From Promethearchaeota archaeon (GTDB lineage Archaea > Asgardarchaeota > Lokiarchaeia > Sigyniarchaeales > SOKP01): a stretch of 10,252 nucleotides of DNA. The position numbers and the translations under genes are program-made. A model generated the notes under the pieces. It did not search any database, had not been told where the DNA came from, and worked only from the letters and a program-made list of their open reading frames with translations. The DNA is taken from positions 1-10,252 of the forward strand of contig JBHLNS010000078.1 of NCBI GenBank assembly GCA_048941285.1, written 5' to 3'. Below are positions 1 to 7,850 of this stretch, piece after piece (the stretch's first letter is position 1; every line of letters begins with the position of its first letter).

Positions 1-140
1 ACTTCACTTATTATGTTAAATTTTGTAATTTTAATTAAATCATGAAGTCTTATATCATCTTCTAAACCTTTTACTTCAATTAAAGAGCCTTTAATTGATG
101 TTATTACACCATATTTATCATAATCCTTAAATGTCATCAT
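1..140 (-). CDS. atpA: Second A/V-type ATPase subunit A-like paralog, 5' part only (runs off the left edge)
   Basis: Hand translation from ATG 140 (second in-frame ATG at 137) gives MMTFKDYDKYGVITSIKGSLIEVKGLEDDIRLHDLIKITKFNIISE(V). It aligns without gaps to the N-terminus of 4951..6801 (GYISSINGSLIEIKGFEKQVRIHDLIRESEHNILGEV) at 21/37 identities. SD-like GAGG lies at 148-145. Only the N-terminal beta-barrel region is visible. Confidence 0.85.
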   Translation of the reverse strand, partial: MMTFKDYDKYGVITSIKGSLIEVKGLEDDIRLHDLIKITKFNIISE

Positions 141-175
141 GCATCCTCTAAAACATTTTTTTATAAATAATATGA

Positions 176-595
176 TTATTTATTTGAAGCACCGCATATT
201 GGGCATTTTTTTACATAACTAGCAATTACCATTCCGCAATTTTCGCATTTTTTGATAAGAGGTTTGCGATATTTAAAGTTAAGATTAATTTCAGCTAATT
301 TTTTAATTTGGGGTTCTGATTCTATTCTAAACTCGGCTCTTTTCTTAATAGGTTGAGTTTTTCTTTTTTTTTCTGGAAATAATTTCGAATATATACTTTT
401 TTTCTTTCTACCTCGAAAAATAAGGCCTAAAAAAGTTAAAAGAATAAAAATTATAATTAGAACAACAATGAAGATATTTGTTTTAAATTCAATTAAAATA
501 TAATAAAGGATAAAAACACCAAACAGTAGAAGAATCAGACTTAAAGAGTTCAGAACCAGTTTTTTCTTTGAGGGTGTTTGCTTATCATTTTCCAT
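176..595 (-). CDS. Hypothetical membrane protein: two N-terminal TM helices, basic linker, C-terminal zinc ribbon
   Basis: 139-aa ORF with hydrophobic segments LVLNSLSLILLLFGVFILYYILI and IFIVVLIIIFILLTFLGLIF, then a Lys/Arg-rich stretch (RGRKKK), ending CENC-x10-CPIC. It starts 27 nt after the atpI stop. Confidence 0.85.
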   Translation of the reverse strand: MENDKQTPSKKKLVLNSLSLILLLFGVFILYYILIEFKTNIFIVVLIIIFILLTFLGLIFRGRKKKSIYSKLFPEKKRKTQPIKKRAEFRIESEPQIKKLAEINLNFKYRKPLIKKCENCGMVIASYVKKCPICGASNK

Positions 596-622
596 AATAA
601 TTTAATCCATTCAAAACATAAG

Positions 623-2899
623 TTAAAAATATTTTTTAGAAATATATTTTGTTGCTTCAACAATTTCCTCTTGTGTTTTTTTAGATTCGATTTCTTTTTC
701 GATTTCTTCTGAGATAATGTCCTTATCAGTACTTAATTTAAAGTTAATTATTGAAAAATCGTCATCTAAATAGAAAGGGAAGAATTCGGTTCCGGAACCA
801 TGATAAAATTTGAAAAAGAATTCATAAAAATTAAGCCTTAGAGCGTTTAAGAAAACTAATAAGCCTTCTATTAAAATAACAACGACATTTCCAAATATCA
901 AACCTATTAATCTGATTATTTCCTCAAAGATTCCTTGCCCTTGAATTAATCCTGCCATTGCCTCTATGGCAATCATTAAAGCGATATGGGCAAGAGCTAA
1001 TGCTAATAGTCGAATATATGAGGCAACATTACTTATTATAGACAATAGAGTTTCAAACGTTTCCATTGATCCTTCACCAATTAATTCTTTATATGATTCC
1101 TTTTTTAAGTAAGAAATATGAAAGATTTTACCAAGGGGTTTTAAGATAATTAATAATATGCCTGGAACTAAGGGTAACAAGATTGGATATGGTGGTGCTA
1201 ACCATGCATTCATATCAAATCCCCATACAAAAATCAAAATGGAACCCCCCGTCAATAATAGTATTTTGACAAGAGAATCTGAAAATGCTAAATATTTTCT
1301 CGATTGTCTCCAATAATTCAGAAATTGTATAAACCAACCTAAATTTATATGTATAACCCCAATTAATACTGCGAATATGAAAACAGTAAAAGGATTATCT
1401 ATAGGATTATGTAATGTAATATTTAGAAAAGGGATGGTAACTGGAGTGAACTCGAAAAGAGTAATACCTCCAATTACGATATCATTCATTCCAAAAAATT
1501 CACCATACAAAAAACCAAATAAAATAGCCCCCCAACCACAATAAAAGATGATCCAACAAAAATTTAAAAAATCAGTTCCTTTTTTCTTCCTGAAAAAGAA
1601 GGCTCCTACTAGACCAGCTATTATTAAAACTAATCCGTGTCCTATATCTCCAAACATAACTCCAAATAAGATAGGAAATGTGATTGCTAGAAAAGGTGTA
1701 GGATCAATTTCAGAATATGAAGGAGTACCATACATTCTAGTCAAGGTTTCAAAAGGTCTCACAAAAAAATTATTTTTCATAATCCTTGGAGTTTCCTCTC
1801 TTAAATCTTCATCTATTTCAATGTTATCTGACTTTAACTTTTCACTCTTAAATTTTTGTTCAATATCAGATTTTTGTGATGGTAATTCCTGTTTTTCTTC
1901 TTCTGGAATAACAAGTGGTTTTTTTGAAATTTCAACTGAATGAATTGTTATCTGATCCTTGAAAACTTCCATCAGTTGTTTTTGTACGGCTTTCTTCTTA
2001 TTGACAGGTATAAAAAATTTGAGTCGTGATCTATTTGATGATACGTCTTCGAATTGCCGTTCAGCCCAATTATACTCTTCTACATTTTCAACTATTTCAT
2101 GCATAGCTGCAAATAATAATATATTATCATCTCTAAGTCTGGTTAATTCTTTTTCATACTTTTCAAGTGTATTATTTATTAACTTAAGCTCACTATTGAT
2201 CCTGTTAAAGTTAATTCCATCAGCAAGTAAATATTTTTTCAAAATAGGTACTTCCTCAGCGTGAGTTATGCGAATTCTTTCTTTTAATTCATCTTCTTTA
2301 TCTAAAGGATAAATTGTATAAAAAACGATTCTATCCTCTGAAATCTCTTGGGTTTCATAGAAATTTGGGAATTTTGAGAATTCAAATAGATTTTTTACAT
2401 TAATTAAGTTTTTGGAAAAGGTTATAAAGACTCTAAATGCTAACTGATTCATGTATGATAAATTATCTCGAGTAAGATTAACTTTTTCCATAAACTTATA
2501 ACCTTCCTCGATTGTTTTCATTCGGTTTAATTCAATTTTAACTTTTGCGATATAACGCTCTAATTCTGCAACACGATTACTGTAAAAATCTATTTCTTCT
2601 AACATGATGCTTATTAATTCATCAATATCTTTCACTTTAAATTCGATTCTTTCATTCTTTTTAGGTTGTAAATTTTGTAAGTCATACTCCGAGATTTTAA
2701 GTGATTTGAATAATTCTTCTATATTAGCTCTCAAATTTTTAATTCTATCAAGTTCAATATCCTTTTTTTTAATCTCTTCTTTTTTTTGCGTTGGTTTTAT
2801 ATGAATCAAATTAATTTGAGATAATTCTTGTAATAGAAGATCTTTATAACTGTTACGAATATTAATATCGAACAAACACATCAAGGTCTTGTTTGTCAT
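623..2899 (-). CDS. atpI: A/V-type ATP synthase subunit I (a)
   Basis: 758 aa with a soluble coiled-coil N-half and a multi-TM C-half. Family motifs: YGTPSYSEIDPTP, FGVMFGDIGHGL, NVASYIRLLALALAH (essential Arg), LRLNFYEFFFKFY. Confidence 0.97.
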   Translation of the reverse strand: MTNKTLMCLFDINIRNSYKDLLLQELSQINLIHIKPTQKKEEIKKKDIELDRIKNLRANIEELFKSLKISEYDLQNLQPKKNERIEFKVKDIDELISIMLEEIDFYSNRVAELERYIAKVKIELNRMKTIEEGYKFMEKVNLTRDNLSYMNQLAFRVFITFSKNLINVKNLFEFSKFPNFYETQEISEDRIVFYTIYPLDKEDELKERIRITHAEEVPILKKYLLADGINFNRINSELKLINNTLEKYEKELTRLRDDNILLFAAMHEIVENVEEYNWAERQFEDVSSNRSRLKFFIPVNKKKAVQKQLMEVFKDQITIHSVEISKKPLVIPEEEKQELPSQKSDIEQKFKSEKLKSDNIEIDEDLREETPRIMKNNFFVRPFETLTRMYGTPSYSEIDPTPFLAITFPILFGVMFGDIGHGLVLIIAGLVGAFFFRKKKGTDFLNFCWIIFYCGWGAILFGFLYGEFFGMNDIVIGGITLFEFTPVTIPFLNITLHNPIDNPFTVFIFAVLIGVIHINLGWFIQFLNYWRQSRKYLAFSDSLVKILLLTGGSILIFVWGFDMNAWLAPPYPILLPLVPGILLIILKPLGKIFHISYLKKESYKELIGEGSMETFETLLSIISNVASYIRLLALALAHIALMIAIEAMAGLIQGQGIFEEIIRLIGLIFGNVVVILIEGLLVFLNALRLNFYEFFFKFYHGSGTEFFPFYLDDDFSIINFKLSTDKDIISEEIEKEIESKKTQEEIVEATKYISKKYF

Positions 2900-2904
2900 T
2901 TATT

Positions 2905-3555
2905 TCACACATTTGTTACTTTTTTTTTATAAATTAAATCTTTAGTATTTTTCAATCTTACAAAATTTTCTCTTTGAAGTTCTTCTAGGATATTTTTAAT
3001 TCTTTTAATTTCTGAATTTAGAGCAGGAATAATTATATTTTCTAATCCATGGATTCTCCGAGTTATTTTTTTATAGCTAAGAGAATGCTTTAACATAATA
3101 TCTTCAATTTCAGATAATTCAATCATTCTTTTAAAAAGTGAAGATAACAAACTTGTCAAATCATCTAGATAATGACTGGTATATTCAAAGGAATAAGCGG
3201 GAAGGAGTTCATCCTTAATAAGTTCATATTTTATATCCGGCACAACATTTCCTATTTTTTTAATATATTTAATATCTACTGTTGGTTTGAATTGAATTTT
3301 ACTTAAACTGCTTATAATTTTTAAATTATTTTTGCCCATTTCTTTATATGTTTGGTGTAATTTAATCATGACTTCTGTTAGTAAATTTAGAAATTTCTTA
3401 CGTTTTTTTTTATAATCATTCCATAACTCTTTAATTTCAAATATCAGTTGTTCTTGTTTCAATTCTAAAAAATTTTCTCCTTTCACTGCAAAGTTTAATC
3501 TTTTCTGTAAACTCATTAGGTTTGATTTCGTTGGCTTAAATTCTCTAAAACTAAT
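2905..3555 (-). CDS. atpD: A/V-type ATP synthase subunit D (central rotor); start extended to ATT 3555 (track start is ATG 3516)
   Basis: Motifs ITRRIHGLENIIIP and LEELQRENFVRLK, directly after atpB. The 13 in-frame codons upstream of ATG 3516 read ISFREFKPTKSNL and contain the subunit D N-terminal PT(R/K) motif. SD-like AGGTGTGA lies 7 nt before ATT 3555. The identity is secure and the start codon is inferred. Confidence 0.93.
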   Translation of the reverse strand: MSFREFKPTKSNLMSLQKRLNFAVKGENFLELKQEQLIFEIKELWNDYKKKRKKFLNLLTEVMIKLHQTYKEMGKNNLKIISSLSKIQFKPTVDIKYIKKIGNVVPDIKYELIKDELLPAYSFEYTSHYLDDLTSLLSSLFKRMIELSEIEDIMLKHSLSYKKITRRIHGLENIIIPALNSEIKRIKNILEELQRENFVRLKNTKDLIYKKKVTNV

Positions 3556-3562
3556 TTTAGTC

Positions 3563-3570
3563 TCACACCT
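3563..3570 (-). promoter_or_regulatory. Shine-Dalgarno-like site for atpD (AGGTGTGA), overlapping the atpB stop
   Basis: Resembles the archaeal GGAGGTGA-type SD and lies 7 nt before ATT 3555. Confidence 0.55.
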
Positions 3571-4954
3571 GTTCTTTGTAATATTTATTTATAAAGTTTT
3601 GATGGATTCTGAATAATTGGTTTTTAGGTATTTCCGATAATGCTTTCCATGCGATATCAAAGGTTTCTGTAAAACCTCGATTTTCATCAATTTTCTGATT
3701 TAAAAATTTTTTTTCAAAAATTTCCCCAAAATTTAAATTGGCTCTCTGATTAAAATTTAATCCATCTTCTCCTACAATTGATATAAGATCTCTAACTTCA
3801 AGTGAATTAGAATAAGAAGCTAATAGTTGAGAACTTATATCTGTATGATCTTCCCTTGTTGTATCTTTACCAATAGAATCTTTCATTAGTCGAGATATTG
3901 AAGCTAAAACTTCAAATGGAGGGTATATTCCTGTTTTATGCAAGTTTCTGTTAAGAACCAATTGCCCTTCAGTTATATAACCTGTAGTATCTGGAATTGG
4001 ATGAGAAATATCATCATTTGGCATTGTTAAGATTGGTATTTGAGTTATAGTACCAGATTTACCTTTTATTTTACCTGTTCTTTCATAAATAGAAGCAAAA
4101 TCAGTATATAGATATCCTGGATACCCTTTTCTACTTGGGATTTCTTCCTTGGCGGAACTAAGTTCTCTTAACGCCTCAGCATAATTGGTCATATCGATTA
4201 AAATAACAAGAACATGCATGTCTTTATCAAAAGCAAAATATTCTGCAGTAGTTAAAGCAACTCTAGGAATAATTAAACGCTCCATTATAGGATCATCAGC
4301 AAAATTAATAAAGGAAATAATGTTTTGTATATTTCCACTTTCTTGAAATCTATTCAAGAAATAAATTGCTTCATCTTGTATAATTCCTATCCCACAAAAA
4401 ATAATTAAAAAAGGTTCCTCTGTTAAGACTTTCGCTTGAGTGACAATTTGAGCAGCTAAAGCATTATGCGGTAGTCCTTGTCCACTGAATATCGGAAGCT
4501 TTTGTCCTCTTATCAGTGTAAAAAGGCCATCTATTACAGATATACCTGTTTGTATAACTTCAGAAGGATAATCCCTCGCAAACGGATTTATAGGTGTACC
4601 GTTAATGTCACGCTCTACTTCTGTTATTAGGTCAGAATCTAAAATATTTTTTGTATTAATATCAATAGGTTTTCCAATTGAGTTGAAAGTTCTACCAAAC
4701 ATATCATTTGAGATTTTAACTTTAAACGAATCTTCTGTGAAAAGAATTCTAGAATTTTCTGAAGATAATCCCCCCGTATCTTCAAACACTTCAATTATTA
4801 TAGAATCTTCATTTATCTTTACTACCTGACCAGTACGCTCCGTTCCATCATTTGTATGAATTTTAACTATTTCTCCATACTGTGCATCGTGCTCATTACT
4901 TAAAAAAATTAATGGCCCAACAATCTGTTGTATCTTCCCATAAACTACACTCAT
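3563..4954 (-). CDS. atpB: A/V-type ATP synthase subunit B (non-catalytic)
   Basis: 463 aa with RGQKLPIFSG, DMTNYAEALRE, GYPGYLYTD, MPNDDISHPIPD, GYITEGQ and the Arg finger in SISRLM. The start overlaps the atpA stop (ATGA). Confidence 0.98.
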   Translation of the reverse strand: MSVVYGKIQQIVGPLIFLSNEHDAQYGEIVKIHTNDGTERTGQVVKINEDSIIIEVFEDTGGLSSENSRILFTEDSFKVKISNDMFGRTFNSIGKPIDINTKNILDSDLITEVERDINGTPINPFARDYPSEVIQTGISVIDGLFTLIRGQKLPIFSGQGLPHNALAAQIVTQAKVLTEEPFLIIFCGIGIIQDEAIYFLNRFQESGNIQNIISFINFADDPIMERLIIPRVALTTAEYFAFDKDMHVLVILIDMTNYAEALRELSSAKEEIPSRKGYPGYLYTDFASIYERTGKIKGKSGTITQIPILTMPNDDISHPIPDTTGYITEGQLVLNRNLHKTGIYPPFEVLASISRLMKDSIGKDTTREDHTDISSQLLASYSNSLEVRDLISIVGEDGLNFNQRANLNFGEIFEKKFLNQKIDENRGFTETFDIAWKALSEIPKNQLFRIHQNFINKYYKEQV

Positions 4955-6801
4955 TTCTCCTTTAAAACCCCATATGATAACTTTAATGATTCTATTTCAT
5001 TTAATAGCCTTTTCTTTAAGTTCTCAATCTTAAAAAAATCATCATTCGAAATTGAATAGCTAATTCTTAAAATATCATCAATTACATCAAGACTCTTAAT
5101 ATCTTCAATTAAATAACCTGATCTTAATAATTCTCTCCCTTCCTTATATAATAATAGAATCAATTTAATCTGTCCTATTAACTTTTCAACACTCGTGAAA
5201 TTATCTATGCTATCAAAAGCATTTTGTATTAGATACCCATTTCTTATCAATTTTGTAATAAAAAGAATTAATTGTTGATCCTCGGGTAAATTTTCTTCAC
5301 CAATTAATTGCATAATGTTTTTTAATTCACTCTCTTGGGAAAGAATATTATTTATTTGACTTCTACACTCATACCAATCGACATTCATTTCAGGCCAATA
5401 GATATCTCTCTGAGCCCACCATTCAAATATATAATCGGGATAATTTGAATAAGAGTTTAGCCAATTTATAGCAGGGTAATGTTTAGAATAAGCCAAGTTA
5501 GCATCTAGTGCCCAGAACGCTTGGACAAAACGTTTAGTTGTTGCCGTTACTGGCTCGCTAAAATCTCCAGATGGTGGTGATACTGACCCTATTATAGTTA
5601 AAGACCCAAATCTCTCTTTAGTTGATGTGTCTTCACCCAAAATGTTTACAACTCCTGCCCTTTCATAGAAACTTGAGATTTTTGATGGTAAATAAGCAGG
5701 ATATCCTTCTTCAGCAGGCATTTCTTCTAATAATCCTGAAATTTCTCGTAAAGACTCTGCCCATCTTGAAGTACTATCTGCTAATACTGCTACGTCATAC
5801 CCCATATCACGATAATATTCACCAATTGTAACTCCTGAAAAAATACTTGCTTCACGAGCAGATACTGGCATATTTGAGGTATTAGCAATCAGAGTTATAC
5901 GTTCTAACAATGGTCTTCCACTTTTTGGATCCTTAATTTCCGAAAATTGTTTCAAAACATCAGCGATTTCATTTCCTCGCTCTCCACAACCAACGAAAAT
6001 AATGACATCAGCATTACACCATTTTGCTAAAGATTGTTGTATTACAGTTTTACCAGTTCCAAAACCCCCTGGCACTGCAACAGTTCCTCCTTTTGCTATA
6101 GGAAATAATAGATCTATAACACGCATACCTGTTATTAGTGGTTCAGTTGGACTTTCTCGCCTTTTATACGGTCTGCTTTTAGTGATTGACCATTTTTGCA
6201 GCATTGAGAAAGATTTCTCAATATTTTTGGCCTTCAGACGATAAATTTCATCTTTGATGGTATATTCTCCTTCTGAAGCAATATAACTCAATTTTCCTGA
6301 GATTCCAATAGGTACTATTATTTTATGTTCAATTAAAAAGGTTTCCTGTACAGTCCCAATTATATCACCAGAACTTACAGTATCATTAACTTCTTTTTGT
6401 GGTTTAAAGTGCCATTTTTTGGTACGCGATAGGGATGGTAGATCATTACCTCTTTCTAAAAAACCTTTATGACTATTTTTAAAAGTGGTATCTAATGGTC
6501 TTTGAATACCATCAAAAACATTACCCAAAAGTCCAGGACCTAATTCCATTGATAATGGCTCTCTTAAATTAACCACTTTTTCCCCAAGCTTTAAATTATT
6601 TGTGTTTTCAAAACATTGAGCAGTTACGTGATTTGAATAAATTTGAATAACTTCTCCTAAAATATTATGTTCAGATTCTCTTATTAAGTCATGAATGCGA
6701 ACTTGTTTTTCGAATCCTTTTATTTCAATTAATGATCCATTTATTGATGAAATATAACCAGAAGTATATTCTTCATATACTTCTTTGTTTGCTTTAGTCA
6801 T
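4951..6801 (-). CDS. atpA: A/V-type ATP synthase subunit A (catalytic)
   Basis: 616 aa with P-loop GGFGTGKT, GCGERGNE, ANTSNMPVSAREAS, DSTSRWAESLREISG, EMPAEEGYPAYL, VSPPSGDFSEPVT and YPAINWLNSYS. No intein-sized insertion. It overlaps the atpE end by 8 nt. Confidence 0.99.
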   Translation of the reverse strand: MTKANKEVYEEYTSGYISSINGSLIEIKGFEKQVRIHDLIRESEHNILGEVIQIYSNHVTAQCFENTNNLKLGEKVVNLREPLSMELGPGLLGNVFDGIQRPLDTTFKNSHKGFLERGNDLPSLSRTKKWHFKPQKEVNDTVSSGDIIGTVQETFLIEHKIIVPIGISGKLSYIASEGEYTIKDEIYRLKAKNIEKSFSMLQKWSITKSRPYKRRESPTEPLITGMRVIDLLFPIAKGGTVAVPGGFGTGKTVIQQSLAKWCNADVIIFVGCGERGNEIADVLKQFSEIKDPKSGRPLLERITLIANTSNMPVSAREASIFSGVTIGEYYRDMGYDVAVLADSTSRWAESLREISGLLEEMPAEEGYPAYLPSKISSFYERAGVVNILGEDTSTKERFGSLTIIGSVSPPSGDFSEPVTATTKRFVQAFWALDANLAYSKHYPAINWLNSYSNYPDYIFEWWAQRDIYWPEMNVDWYECRSQINNILSQESELKNIMQLIGEENLPEDQQLILFITKLIRNGYLIQNAFDSIDNFTSVEKLIGQIKLILLLYKEGRELLRSGYLIEDIKSLDVIDDILRISYSISNDDFFKIENLKKRLLNEIESLKLSYGVLKEK

Positions 6802-7519
6802 AATTTTTTAAATAATCTCTTATTGCTAATTTTTGATTTTGAATGAATTTTTCGTAGTTTTGTATTATTTCATTAATTTCTAAATAAATATCTGAAAAGA
6901 TTTTTGAAAACTCAATTTCAATTAATGATCTCTTTTTATTTATTAAACTTGTAATTGAAAAATCATAGGATATATTCATTCTTGTTTGTAAAATCCTAAA
7001 TCCCCCAATAAATTCTTCCGTTGAAGGATTTAATGTTACATTATTCTCAAAAATCTTTTGAATTTTATCGAAATTTTTAATAAAATATTCGTAATCTCTT
7101 GAATTTAAATTTATTACGATTTCAGGGGGTTTATCTATTAAATGTTTAATTCTATTAAATATTTCTAATAAAAATTTCAAATAATTTGAATAATTTTTAT
7201 TTATTTTCTTTTCTAACAATTGATTTAAATCTATAATTAATTTTGAAATTAATGCATTTTTAACATTTAACGTTTCTTCTTTTATTTTTAAAAGTGTTGA
7301 AGATAAAGAATTATTCAAACGTTTATTATAAGTTTCAATAAAATTCGTTTTAATTTTTGATGAACTATCTGATATTCTCTCTCTATACTTTTTCTTCATT
7401 TCTGCAATTTGAAAAAGACTTTGTTGATCTATAACTTTAATTTCATTTTTAGCTTTATCAATCAGATATAATCCTAGTCTTCCAAATCTTTCCTTTATAT
7501 TGCTAATTTCAGATATAAT
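6794..7519 (-). CDS. atpE: A/V-type ATP synthase subunit E (peripheral stalk); start uncertain
   Basis: Helical coiled-coil N-half, and a C-terminal domain with IVINLNSRD and FIGGFRI..ISYDFSI, resembling the subunit E GG(F/V)..D(N/F)(S/T) motif. It sits directly before atpA. The track start TTG 7591 and ATG 7579 both lie inside atpF. ATT 7519 and ATA 7516 are the first initiation-like codons after the atpF stop. Confidence 0.85.
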   Translation of the reverse strand: MISEISNIKERFGRLGLYLIDKAKNEIKVIDQQSLFQIAEMKKKYRERISDSSSKIKTNFIETYNKRLNNSLSSTLLKIKEETLNVKNALISKLIIDLNQLLEKKINKNYSNYLKFLLEIFNRIKHLIDKPPEIVINLNSRDYEYFIKNFDKIQKIFENNVTLNPSTEEFIGGFRILQTRMNISYDFSITSLINKKRSLIEIEFSKIFSDIYLEINEIIQNYEKFIQNQKLAIRDYLKNYD

Positions 7520-7529
7520 TCCACATCTC

Positions 7530-7850
7530 TTAAGATATAATTTGTTCAATAGATTCAAAAATTTTATTAAAAATGACATCCCGATTCTCAATGTCAGATT
7601 GAAATATGTTAGGAATTAAATAAATAAATGGAGTTTTATTACTCATCTTAAATTCTAAAATAAAATCTATAATTTCATTTGGCAAATCCATAAAGATGAT
7701 TATCATTCCTATTGAAGAGTCTTTAGTTAATAAATCAAATTTCTTTAGAAAACCCTCACTATTTTCAGTTAGGGTACCATCTATTCCTAAAAGCCCAAAT
7801 AATAAAATAATTTCCTCATCGCCTAATACATGAATTTTCTGTCCTGCCGT
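7530..7850 (-). CDS. atpF: A/V-type ATP synthase subunit F (not in ORF track), probable ACG start
   Basis: Hand translation gives 106 codons plus TAA: (T/M)AGQKIHVLGDEEIILLFGLLGIDGTLTENSEGFLKKFDLLTKDSSIGMIIIFMDLPNEIIDFILEFKMSNKTPFIYLIPNIFQSDIENRDVIFNKIFESIEQIIS. This matches the subunit F pattern KIxVxGDxx..GFxLxG..DIGIIII..PxxxxIP. It fills the gap between subunits H and E. Confidence 0.92.
   Translation of the reverse strand, partial: TAGQKIHVLGDEEIILLFGLLGIDGTLTENSEGFLKKFDLLTKDSSIGMIIIFMDLPNEIIDFILEFKMSNKTPFIYLIPNIFQSDIENRDVIFNKIFESIEQIIS

Noticed and set aside
1548-2804. Plus-strand ORFs 1548..1943, 1959..2264 and 2604..2804
   Set aside because: They lie entirely antisense to atpI, have the Ser/Phe/Leu-rich composition of shadow frames, and show no motifs.
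6040-6075. AtpA P-loop GGFGTGKT instead of GPFGSGKT/GAFGCGKT
   Set aside because: It still fits GxxxxGKT, is a variant I recognise in other prokaryotic A/V-ATPases, and the other catalytic motifs are intact.
7530-7850. Operon lacking subunit F, or atpF being a pseudogene
   Set aside because: A full-length frame with family motifs and no internal stop or frameshift is present. Only the start codon is atypical.
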